A stretch of DNA of 64,000 nt, taken from a candidate division FCPU426 bacterium (lineage in GTDB: Bacteria > Oederibacteriota > Muellerivitia > Muellerivitales > Muellerivitaceae). Made by a program: the position numbers and the translations under genes. The stretch is from NCBI GenBank assembly GCA_963738405.1, contig CAVTWJ010000001.1, positions 128,001 to 192,000 on the forward strand. The letters are read 5' to 3'. Of the stretch, positions 27,044 to 35,167 are shown in pieces; the first letter of the stretch is position 1, and the number at the start of each line of letters is the position of its first letter. The notes beneath the pieces were generated by a model. The model saw nothing but the letters and a program-made list of their open reading frames with translations. It made no database searches and had not been told where the DNA came from.

Positions 27044-27868
27044 ATGAAAAACAAACAAAAAACAGTTGTTTTGGGATTTGGGGCAATGGGAAGCGCCTTG
27101 GTCAAGGGGTGGGTCAGTAAGAGGTTATTGTCATCTTCCCAAATTACAGCAGTTGATATCGATCGGGAAAAACTGAATAAAATAGCTAAACCACTAAAAG
27201 TAAAAACTCAAACCGATCCCGGTAAGGCGCTGATCAATGCATCCCTCGTTCTCCTTGCGGTAAAGCCTCAACAAATGAAGCAACTCCTCGCTGAAAATGG
27301 GACGGCGTTTCCACCAAATGCTTTAGTTGTCTCCATTGCCGCTGGAGTTTCCACGCGACAGATTGAAATGGCTCTCCCGCAGGGATGTCCCGTCGTGCGA
27401 GTCATGCCCAATACTCCCGCTTTGCTAGGCGAGGGTATGGCTGCGGTGGCTGGAGGCAAACGAGCAAAAAAAGAGAATATTCAACATGTTCTGAACCTGT
27501 TTTCTGCCGTGGGAAAAGCTGTTGAGGTAAGGGAAGACCAAATGGACATGGTGACAGCGGTTTCGGGAAGTGGACCCGCATACTTTTTTCATATGGTTGA
27601 GGTTATGACCGAGGCAGGGATTAAAGGCGGTTTGAGCCCTGAGATTTCCCAATTATTAGTTTCGCAAACCGCGTTGGGCGCTGCCCGGATGATTTTAGAA
27701 TCTCATAAAACCCCTACGGAATTGCGAATTCAGGTTACTTCGCCAGGCGGAACGACTCAGGTCGCTCTTGAGACAATGACCAAGAGAGGCTTTAGTAAAA
27801 TAGTGGAAGAGGCTATTCAAGCGGCGGCTCGTCGTGGCGGGGAACTTCGAAGGATGAGTGAATCGTGA
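27044..27868 (+). CDS. proC: Pyrroline-5-carboxylate reductase
   Basis: G.G.MG, AVKPQ, SIAAG, RVMPNTP, SGSGPAY, VTSPGGTT. Confidence 0.97.
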   Translation: MKNKQKTVVLGFGAMGSALVKGWVSKRLLSSSQITAVDIDREKLNKIAKPLKVKTQTDPGKALINASLVLLAVKPQQMKQLLAENGTAFPPNALVVSIAAGVSTRQIEMALPQGCPVVRVMPNTPALLGEGMAAVAGGKRAKKENIQHVLNLFSAVGKAVEVREDQMDMVTAVSGSGPAYFFHMVEVMTEAGIKGGLSPEISQLLVSQTALGAARMILESHKTPTELRIQVTSPGGTTQVALETMTKRGFSKIVEEAIQAAARRGGELRRMSES

Positions 27869-28137
27869 GCTTATTCGCTCTTATTTTGATTCTGCTGTGT
27901 TACGGTTATGCTTTTATTTTAATGTTGGAGTGGCTTTTGCATGCGCTCCCCGGAAGATATCTAAATGCCTCTCGGCGAATTTTCTTTTTCTTAGGTTTTC
28001 CTTTACTGCAAACAGGCTGGGGTTGGTTTTCGTTCCAATGGTTAGGCTTTGAAAGCCGCGGATTGGGGTTAGCTTTCACGCTTTGGATCATCGGGCGATT
28101 TGCTGTTCCTTGGTTTGTTTTGTGGGTTTTCGCCTGA
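27865..28137 (+). CDS. Small membrane protein, YggT-like by position
   Basis: Hydrophobic 90 aa, GTGA overlap with proC stop, lies in the yggS-proC-yggT-yggU slot; sequence is divergent. Confidence 0.5.
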   Translation: MSLFALILILLCYGYAFILMLEWLLHALPGRYLNASRRIFFFLGFPLLQTGWGWFSFQWLGFESRGLGLAFTLWIIGRFAVPWFVLWVFA

Positions 28138-28149
28138 AAGGAGGATGAA

Positions 28150-28470
28150 TTGGATTTTGAAGGTGTTTTGCGACAAAAGGACGATAAATGTTTTTTGTCC
28201 ATAAAAATAATACCAAGATCTTCTCTGAATAAATTGATAGGTATTGAAAACAGAGAATTGAAGATAAAAGTTAAGGCTCCGCCCGTGGAGGGCGCGGCCA
28301 ACGAAATGATCTTGGAGTTTCTGTCGGAAATGTTGGGGCTGCCAACAAACAAATTATCGGTAGAGCGAGGGAAAACATCTCGGCACAAGGTAATACAAAT
28401 CAGTGGTATGGGCCTCCAACAAATTTTAAAAACCTTCGAAAAATTGCTGAAAAAGGTTGAGGGAGAATAA
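28150..28470 (+). CDS. yggU: DUF167/YggU family protein
   Basis: LKIKVKAPPVEGAAN, G.TSR.K; GGAGG SD with TTG start. Confidence 0.9.
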   Translation: MDFEGVLRQKDDKCFLSIKIIPRSSLNKLIGIENRELKIKVKAPPVEGAANEMILEFLSEMLGLPTNKLSVERGKTSRHKVIQISGMGLQQILKTFEKLLKKVEGE

Positions 28471-28473
28471 CAA

Positions 28474-29298
28474 ATGGAACTTTTTGAACAAATTCAAGAA
28501 TCGACAAAAACGATTAAGGAAAATATCAAAGCCTCCCCTAAAGTGGGAATTATTTTGGGAACAGGTTTAGGGGCGCTGGCCAAGGAGATCAAGAATCCAA
28601 AAGTCATAGAATATGAAAAAATCCCCCATTTCCCCTTATCCACAGTTGAGTCCCATGCTGGAGAATTGGTGTTTGGTCTTTTAGGAAATACGGAAGTGGT
28701 TGCAATGAGAGGAAGGTTCCATCGGTATGAAGGCTATAGCCTGCAACAGGTGACTTTTCCAGTGAGAGTCATGAAAGAATTAGGTGTGAAATTTCTGTTG
28801 GTTTCAAATGCATGCGGAGGCATGAACCGTAGGTATCGACCGGGAGACCTCATGATTATTGAGGATCACATCAATATGATGGGGGACAACCCTCTTTTGG
28901 GAAAAAATGATGATCGATTGGGCCCCCGTTGGCCGGACATGATTGAGCCTTATTCCATGGAACTGATCGCTTTAACTGAAAAAATTGCTTGGGAAAAGCG
29001 GATTCCAGTCCGAAAAGGGGTCTATGTAGCTGTTACAGGCCCCAATCTTGAGACTCGGGCGGAATACCGATGGCTTTCAACAATGGCAGATGTAGTAGGC
29101 ATGTCGACTGTGCCAGAGGTAATCGTAGCCGTGCACGCGGGGTTGAAGGTTTTAGGCATATCTGTTGTAACGGATAAATGTGTGGCAGATACCTTAGAAC
29201 CTGCTGATATTACTCAAATTATTAAACATGCCCAGGAAGCCGAACCTAAGTTGACTGTTTTAATGAAGGAAGTTGCTATTGCATTGGAAAACAAGTGA
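28474..29298 (+). CDS. punA: Purine nucleoside phosphorylase (trimeric PNP/MTAP family)
   Basis: GIILGTGLG, GRFH.YEG, NACGG, DHIN, GPNLET.AE, VGMSTVPE. Confidence 0.9.
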   Translation: MELFEQIQESTKTIKENIKASPKVGIILGTGLGALAKEIKNPKVIEYEKIPHFPLSTVESHAGELVFGLLGNTEVVAMRGRFHRYEGYSLQQVTFPVRVMKELGVKFLLVSNACGGMNRRYRPGDLMIIEDHINMMGDNPLLGKNDDRLGPRWPDMIEPYSMELIALTEKIAWEKRIPVRKGVYVAVTGPNLETRAEYRWLSTMADVVGMSTVPEVIVAVHAGLKVLGISVVTDKCVADTLEPADITQIIKHAQEAEPKLTVLMKEVAIALENK

Positions 29299-29316
29299 AT
29301 AAGTTGAGGAAAAATT

Positions 29317-30387
29317 ATGCCTGAGGCCCTTAAACCCATCCGATGGAAAAACGGTGTTTTGTATCTTTTGGAGCAAAGACTGCTGCCTTTTAAAGAAGTT
29401 TGGGTTAAGTGCAATACGGTTGAAAAAACCGCAAGGGCCATAGAGGAAATGACGGTTCGAGGCGCACCGGCCATTGGAATAACAGCCGCGTACGGTGTGG
29501 CCGTCGGGGCATGGCTTATTCGAACATCTTCCCCCGGAATGTTTGTAAATAAAGTTGGAAAAGATATAGTCCGGTTAAGGAAGACACGGCCTACCGCCGT
29601 CAATCTTTTTTGGGCTTTGGATCGAATGCAAAATTGTTTATCCGGAAACGCAAGAGAGCCTGTGTGGATTCAAAAAAATGCCCTGGAACAAGTTGCTCTG
29701 GCTATTCATAGCGAAGATCAAGCATTGTGTAATCATTTGGGCCGCATTGGCGCTTCGGCTTTGAAGGGCTGTAACCAAGTTTTGACCCATTGTAATACCG
29801 GGGCGCTGGCAACGGGCGGACAAGGAACGGCCTTGGCGGGTATTCTGCAAGCGGCAAAACGAAACAAAAGATTTCATGTTTGGGTCGATGAAACGAGACC
29901 CTATTTACAAGGCGCACGATTGACGGCTTTTGAGTTAGCCCATGCTAAAATTCCTTTCCATCTCATTACAGATAATATGTCCGCTTTTTTGATGAAAAAG
30001 AAAATGGTAGATGCGGTTATTGTCGGCGCGGATCGAATTGTTGAAAACGGGGATACGGCTAACAAAATTGGCACCTATGCCCTGGCGGTTTTAGCACAAG
30101 CTCACGGCATTCCTTTTTTCGTCTCCGCGCCTACGACTACCTTGGACTTAACAAAAAAAACGGGTGAAGAAATTGTCATCGAACAACGCAACCCTAGAGA
30201 GGTAACTCATCCTCAGGGTTATCCGATCGCTAAGGCGGAGTATCCAGTTTATAACCCGGCCTTTGATGTGACTCCTGGAAACCTTATCACGGGAATTATC
30301 CTTGAAACGGGAATTTGTCGACGGCCCTATATTTCATCTCTTCGATCAGCTTTTAACCGAGCGCAATTGAAAAAACGACCAATATGA
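29317..30387 (+). CDS. mtnA: S-methyl-5-thioribose-1-phosphate isomerase
   Basis: VRGAPAIG, RPTAVNL, THCNTGALAT, ETRPYLQGARLT, GADRI, NKIGTY, NPAFDVTP. Confidence 0.96.
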   Translation: MPEALKPIRWKNGVLYLLEQRLLPFKEVWVKCNTVEKTARAIEEMTVRGAPAIGITAAYGVAVGAWLIRTSSPGMFVNKVGKDIVRLRKTRPTAVNLFWALDRMQNCLSGNAREPVWIQKNALEQVALAIHSEDQALCNHLGRIGASALKGCNQVLTHCNTGALATGGQGTALAGILQAAKRNKRFHVWVDETRPYLQGARLTAFELAHAKIPFHLITDNMSAFLMKKKMVDAVIVGADRIVENGDTANKIGTYALAVLAQAHGIPFFVSAPTTTLDLTKKTGEEIVIEQRNPREVTHPQGYPIAKAEYPVYNPAFDVTPGNLITGIILETGICRRPYISSLRSAFNRAQLKKRPI

Positions 30388-30800
30388 ATTTGGAGAACAA
30401 GAAGACGGCTCGATTTTTTCAAGACGAGCGGTATTGTATTTGTTGCGGTGAGCGAAACCCATGGGGTTTTAAAATGAGTTTTAGATTTGTGGATGAGCGA
30501 GTATTGTCCGAAGTGATTATCCCTAAAGAATTTCAGGGTTTTTCGAATGTTGTTCATGGGGGGGTGGGTGTTTTGTTGGACGAAATGATGGTTAATCTGC
30601 ATTGGTTGAAAGGGATCAAGGTTGTGACGGCAGAGTATCAGGTACGCTTGAAGGCCCCTTGCCCAGTTCATCAGAAGATCCATCTTTCGGCTTGGAGTTT
30701 GGAAAAGCGAAGAAAGATATACATGACTGCTGCCGAGGCACATCTTGACGATGGAACGCAAGTAGCTGAAGCTCAAGCGAAATGCATGGTTTTTGATTAA
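30384..30800 (+). CDS. PaaI/hot-dog fold thioesterase
   Basis: C..CG..NP.G, FQGF..VVHGG...LLDE motifs. Confidence 0.85.
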   Translation: MNLENKKTARFFQDERYCICCGERNPWGFKMSFRFVDERVLSEVIIPKEFQGFSNVVHGGVGVLLDEMMVNLHWLKGIKVVTAEYQVRLKAPCPVHQKIHLSAWSLEKRRKIYMTAAEAHLDDGTQVAEAQAKCMVFD

Positions 30801-30899
30801 ACATTTTCAATTATTTTTCTTTTCTTAAAGAGATTCCTGTTAAACTATGGGCGAAAAAAAGGCCCTGGCCTATCGTCAATTCGACTTGGAGGATTTGTA

Positions 30900-31004
30900 A
30901 TGCCTTGTGGTAAGAAACGGCACCGCGCCAAAATTAAAACTCACAAACGTAAGAAACATCGCCGCAAGATGCGGGCCTTGCTGCGTCGGCAAGGCAGACT
31001 GTAA
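30900..31004 (+). CDS. Small basic protein, bS22 (AURKAIP1/COX24-like) ribosomal protein family
   Basis: Manual translation MPCGKKRHRAKIKTHKRKKHRRKMRALLRRQGRL*; GGAGG SD at 30888-92; MP.GKKR...K..THKRKK pattern; below the 60-aa cutoff of the ORF track. Confidence 0.85.
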   Translation: MPCGKKRHRAKIKTHKRKKHRRKMRALLRRQGRL

Positions 31005-31015
31005 ACTTTTTCCTT

Positions 31016-33163
31016 GTGCAAAAATCCAAAAACGCATGGTTGCTTTCTGGGCTAAGATTTTGCTTTGTTGCTTTAGCCTTACTACTGGCGGCAAGCGGCG
31101 TTTGTGTTAGACCTTTGGAGGATGTTTTTTCTTTCTGGCTGGTGCTTGCTTGGGCGGGATCTTTTTCTAGTGTTTTTTTATTGATGCGGTTGAAATTACT
31201 GGGGGGATCCCAAGCCCATCCCTTGTTTTGGGTTTTGTCTACCACCCTTCTTTTGGAATTGTTGACCCAATCCACCGGCGGTAATCAATCGCCCCTTCTT
31301 TTTTCATTTTTTTTGATGATGGGTGTGGCGTCGTGGGAAGGGAAAAGCTTTTATGCCTTTGCGGTCGCATTTGTTTATTGTCTTTGCGACGCTTTAGCCC
31401 TACGACATTCCATTTCGTTTGATAGTTATTCCCTCTATCTCCGATGGATTGCCTTTTTTATCACGGCCTTTTTTCTGTCTAAAATTGTACAAATTCGAAG
31501 CGATAAAGAAAAACTAAATCAAAAACTTGTGGCGTTGAAGACCGAAGCGGATCAGTTGGCGCTTTCTTCCGAACCCGGAGCTTTTGAAATTTCTTCAAAC
31601 CAAACCTTCGCCATGGAAAATCGCATGAGTGCGAGGGTGGGCACGGTTATGGAGTTAGAAAATTCCCTGGAGCGTCAACTTACTCTTTTTAGGTTAGAAA
31701 GTGGGGTCCAGACCGCGGCTTGTTTTCTGTTAACATCCATTGAGGAAAAGGATGTATTGCGGTTGAAGGCCTATTCCAGCGTTTCTGCTGATGTGGCATC
31801 GGATATTACCCTGTTTCCAGGCGAGACTTTGATTGGGTTAGCGGTTAAAGAAAAACGTAAAGTGCTATTAAATCAAATGCCTTTGGATAGCGCTAAGGCT
31901 CTGCCCTATTACCTTAAACATCAACCCGTCGGGTCCTTTTTATCCGTTCCGTTATTTATCAAATTTGACCTCGATCCATCCAAAACTTCGGGGGACGGGG
32001 AATTGCTAGGTGTGTTGGTTCTGGATCACACGGCACCCAATTTTTTTAATGAGGATCGTCTTCGTTCGATAGAACTTTTGAGTCGGTTATTGGCTGATAT
32101 GGTTCAAAACTTACGGGTTCTTCATTTTTCTAAGACTAAAACGAGCAATCTTCATGCTCTTTATGAGGTTTCTCGTATTTTTTCAACTTCAGTTGATTTG
32201 GAACCTACTTTGGAAGCCACTGTGAAAATGGCGGCTGAAATCGTTCATTGCGATATGGTTTACATTGCACTTCGCGATGGCGAATCTGAAAAGTTTAACA
32301 TTGCTAGTTATTTGGCGCCTAGCCGAGGTGGTTTAAAGCCGTTAGGTCTTGAGGAAGAATTAGCAACATGGATCTGTCGAAATAAAAAACCCATTCGTTA
32401 TACCAGAGGTCAAAGAGAAAAATGGTTTCCTTCGTTTGAAAGACAAGAAGGAATTCTTGGATCAGTTCAATCTTTCCTAATTCTCCCACTCATGGTGGAA
32501 GGAAGATTATTAGGTGTATTAAGACTAAATAGCCATAAAACACGAGCTTATGGGGAATACGAACAAGATGTCCTGGAAACGCTTGCTAACCAAACTGCCC
32601 TGGCATTAGACAAAGTAAACAAAGTACAACAAATCAAAGAACTCGCTGTCCGCGATGGATTGACGAGTCTTTATAATCATCGGTATTTTCAGGAAAGACT
32701 TTCTGAAGAACTAGTGAAAGCCGAACGTTACAACAAAGACATCAGTTTGATTCTGACCGATGTCGATCACTTCAAAAAATTTAATGATACCTATGGACAT
32801 CAGGAGGGGGATAAGGTTTTGCGGGGGGTCAGTCAAATTTTATTGGAAACGGTAAGGGCAAAAGTTGACACCGTTGCCCGTTATGGGGGAGAGGAGTTCG
32901 CGGTTATTCTTCCTGAAACGGATGGTAATGCCGCATATGATTTGGGAGAAAGAATACGCAAAAACATTGAAAGCCATCTCTTCGAATGCGATAGCAAAAA
33001 AATATACAGGGTGACCCTTTCCTTGGGAATATCCTGTTATCCTTTTGATGCCAGTGAAAAAAAATTGTTAATTCAATGCTCTGATTTGGCGTTGTACGAA
33101 GCAAAGAAAAATGGTCGCAACTGTGTAAAAAGGTTTAAGCCTGGTATTTCTAAAATGTCTTAA
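31016..33163 (+). CDS. Membrane-bound diguanylate cyclase (TM-GAF-GAF-GGDEF)
   Basis: N-terminal TMs, two GAF-like domains, D.LT.LYN, DVDHFKKFNDTYGHQEGD, ARYGGEEF. Confidence 0.93.
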   Translation: MQKSKNAWLLSGLRFCFVALALLLAASGVCVRPLEDVFSFWLVLAWAGSFSSVFLLMRLKLLGGSQAHPLFWVLSTTLLLELLTQSTGGNQSPLLFSFFLMMGVASWEGKSFYAFAVAFVYCLCDALALRHSISFDSYSLYLRWIAFFITAFFLSKIVQIRSDKEKLNQKLVALKTEADQLALSSEPGAFEISSNQTFAMENRMSARVGTVMELENSLERQLTLFRLESGVQTAACFLLTSIEEKDVLRLKAYSSVSADVASDITLFPGETLIGLAVKEKRKVLLNQMPLDSAKALPYYLKHQPVGSFLSVPLFIKFDLDPSKTSGDGELLGVLVLDHTAPNFFNEDRLRSIELLSRLLADMVQNLRVLHFSKTKTSNLHALYEVSRIFSTSVDLEPTLEATVKMAAEIVHCDMVYIALRDGESEKFNIASYLAPSRGGLKPLGLEEELATWICRNKKPIRYTRGQREKWFPSFERQEGILGSVQSFLILPLMVEGRLLGVLRLNSHKTRAYGEYEQDVLETLANQTALALDKVNKVQQIKELAVRDGLTSLYNHRYFQERLSEELVKAERYNKDISLILTDVDHFKKFNDTYGHQEGDKVLRGVSQILLETVRAKVDTVARYGGEEFAVILPETDGNAAYDLGERIRKNIESHLFECDSKKIYRVTLSLGISCYPFDASEKKLLIQCSDLALYEAKKNGRNCVKRFKPGISKMS

Positions 33164-33339
33164 TGAACCCTATATGTTGTAGTTGGGAGAAGCGTCCCAC
33201 TAAAATAGGTGGTTTTAAGATGAAAAAAATAATATTTTTCTTTAAAACGCGCTTTTCGCTTGGTTGCCTATAAAGACGGCCTAAAGTGTTGATATCAGCA
33301 GGCTGAGTCGATAGTTATCAACCTTTGTTAAGGTTTGAA

Positions 33340-33624
33340 ATGTTCTTATCCATCCGTGAAATCGCCAACAAAATTAGAGTCCATGAGCAAACCCTGCGGC
33401 ATTGGGAGAAATTGGGCTTGTTGAAGGTTTCACGTTTAGGGACCAATAGAACAAGGGTTTATAGTGAAGAGGACCTAGACCTTTGTCGAAAAATTTCAGA
33501 TTTTTCAGAACAAGGAATCAATTTGCGAGGGATAAAGGCACTATTGACATTAGAGAAAAACGAGGAAAGGCTCCGGGTAAAGTCTGTGGTTTCAATTCGA
33601 CGTTCAAGGAAAAAGTTTAAATAA
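33340..33624 (+). CDS. MerR-family HTH transcriptional regulator (short, HspR/GlnR-sized)
   Basis: SIREIA..I.VHEQTLRHWEKLGLL...R....R.YS..D; ATG 33340 (ORF open from 33325). Confidence 0.88.
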   Translation: MFLSIREIANKIRVHEQTLRHWEKLGLLKVSRLGTNRTRVYSEEDLDLCRKISDFSEQGINLRGIKALLTLEKNEERLRVKSVVSIRRSRKKFK

Positions 33625-33689
33625 TAATCGGTGCAAATTTTCGGGAAAGGAAAAACGTGGTAATTGAAGGCTTTTAAACTGATTCGTTC

Positions 33690-33717
33690 TTGACAGTGAA
33701 AAAACCTTTGTCATAAT
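33690..33717 (+). promoter_or_regulatory. Putative sigma70 promoter of the flagellar operon
   Basis: TTGACA-N16-CATAAT with extended -10 TG. Confidence 0.6.
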
Positions 33718-33837
33718 GACATTAATTTTTCGCCAATGATGAAATTTAGACTACTTTTTCTGTAAACGTTGCTGATAGGTTTCGGCTAAGTAACTAACCT
33801 TTTGACTTAGATCTTTTTGAAAAGGCGAGGCACAAGC

Positions 33838-34260
33838 GTGATTAATCCAGTCAGTTTTCCCGATCCGCTCATGATTCTTCAGAAAAGCCTTGATTCTCTT
33901 TCAACACAACACCAAGTCATCGCCAATAATCTTGCAAATATTGATACTCCGAACTTTAAACGCTCCGTAGTTTCCTTTCAGGATAAATTGCGCTTAGCTC
34001 TTGATCAGAACCAAGGTTCGCCTCTGTGGCGGACAAATCCGTTGCATTTTCCTCTTCCGCAATCAGGTTCCCTTAATGATTTTCAACCAGACGTAAAAAA
34101 TATTTCGGATACCATCGGACGCAATGATGGAAATAATGTTGATCTGGAAATGGAATCGGGTCTTTTGGCGGAAAACAATCTTTTGTACAACAGTTTGACG
34201 GATGTCACCGGTCGATATATTGCTAACCTACGGCATGCTATCAGTGAAGGGAGGCAATAA
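33838..34260 (+). CDS. flgB: Flagellar basal-body rod protein FlgB
   Basis: VIANNLANIDTPNFK, DGNNVDLE.E; GTG 33838 after GAGG. Confidence 0.95.
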   Translation: MINPVSFPDPLMILQKSLDSLSTQHQVIANNLANIDTPNFKRSVVSFQDKLRLALDQNQGSPLWRTNPLHFPLPQSGSLNDFQPDVKNISDTIGRNDGNNVDLEMESGLLAENNLLYNSLTDVTGRYIANLRHAISEGRQ

Positions 34261-34262
34261 TC

Positions 34263-34721
34263 ATGGGCGCTCTTTCTGGAGTGTTTGCCCCTTTTGCGAT
34301 TAGTGCCTCCGCATTAACAGCAGAACGCCTGCGCATGGATGTTATTTCAAACAACATCGCAAATGCTAATACCACTCGTACTATTTCGGGAGGACCCTAT
34401 ATTCGTGAAAGGGTTGTTTTTTCGCCCCGGTTTGATCCTGCTCCCGGCTTTGCGCCTCTTTTGGCAACAATGACCAGTGAGGGTTTGCCAGTAGGTGTGC
34501 GGGTAACGGGAATACAAAAAGATCCTTCTCCCCCGAAAATGGTTTACGATCCTGGCCATCCCGATGCAAATGCTGAGGGTTATGTGGCTTATCCAAACGT
34601 TAATGTGGTTAATGAAATGGTAGATATGATTTCGGCTACAAGGGCCTATGAAGCTAATATTACGGCGTTCAATGCGACTAAATCGATGGCGCTTTCGGCT
34701 TTAAGTATTGGAAAATCTTAA
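34263..34721 (+). CDS. flgC: Flagellar basal-body rod protein FlgC
   Basis: SNNIANANTT, YDPGHPDA, PNVN...EMVDMISA.RAYEAN. Confidence 0.97.
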   Translation: MGALSGVFAPFAISASALTAERLRMDVISNNIANANTTRTISGGPYIRERVVFSPRFDPAPGFAPLLATMTSEGLPVGVRVTGIQKDPSPPKMVYDPGHPDANAEGYVAYPNVNVVNEMVDMISATRAYEANITAFNATKSMALSALSIGKS

Positions 34722-34777
34722 GGTTTAAGCAGTGATAAGACCGAAAATCGTTTTTTTAAGGGAGCCTTTCAAATTTT

Positions 34778-35104
34778 ATGGAAATCCAACCTATTCAAAT
34801 GCCGATTTCTTTGACCCAGGGTTCGATTCAACCTATTGCAACTTTTACAATGGATATGGTTCAAAATTCAACAGAAGTTTCCCCATCCAATTTTAAAGAT
34901 CTATTGAAAAAGGCCTTAAATGATTTAAATGCTAGTCAGGTAGGAGCTAATGAGTCCATAAAAAGTTTAGCGACCGGGGGAGAGGACAATCTTCACGATG
35001 TGATTATTTCTATGGAAAAAGCTAGCATGACGTTGCAGTACGCGATTCAAATCCGAAATAAAGTTTTAGAAGCTTATCAATCAGTTATTCAAATGCAGAT
35101 ATAG
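34778..35104 (+). CDS. fliE: Flagellar hook-basal body protein FliE
   Basis: LHDVII..EKA...Q...QIRNKVLEAYQ...MQI. Confidence 0.95.
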   Translation: MEIQPIQMPISLTQGSIQPIATFTMDMVQNSTEVSPSNFKDLLKKALNDLNASQVGANESIKSLATGGEDNLHDVIISMEKASMTLQYAIQIRNKVLEAYQSVIQMQI

Positions 35105-35167
35105 AGTTTAAGTTTGGTAGTTGAAAGGGTGCTTAATTGATTAAGGCCCATAAAAAACGAGGGAAAA

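Noticed and set aside
30907..31110. 67-aa Cys-rich ORF from the track
   Set aside because: Out of frame with the better-supported bS22-like ORF that owns the SD, and overlaps the cyclase
33240..33335. c-di-GMP-I riboswitch candidate (GGCCTAAA)
   Set aside because: GGCAAA/GNRA/GACGCAAAG core not found in the right order
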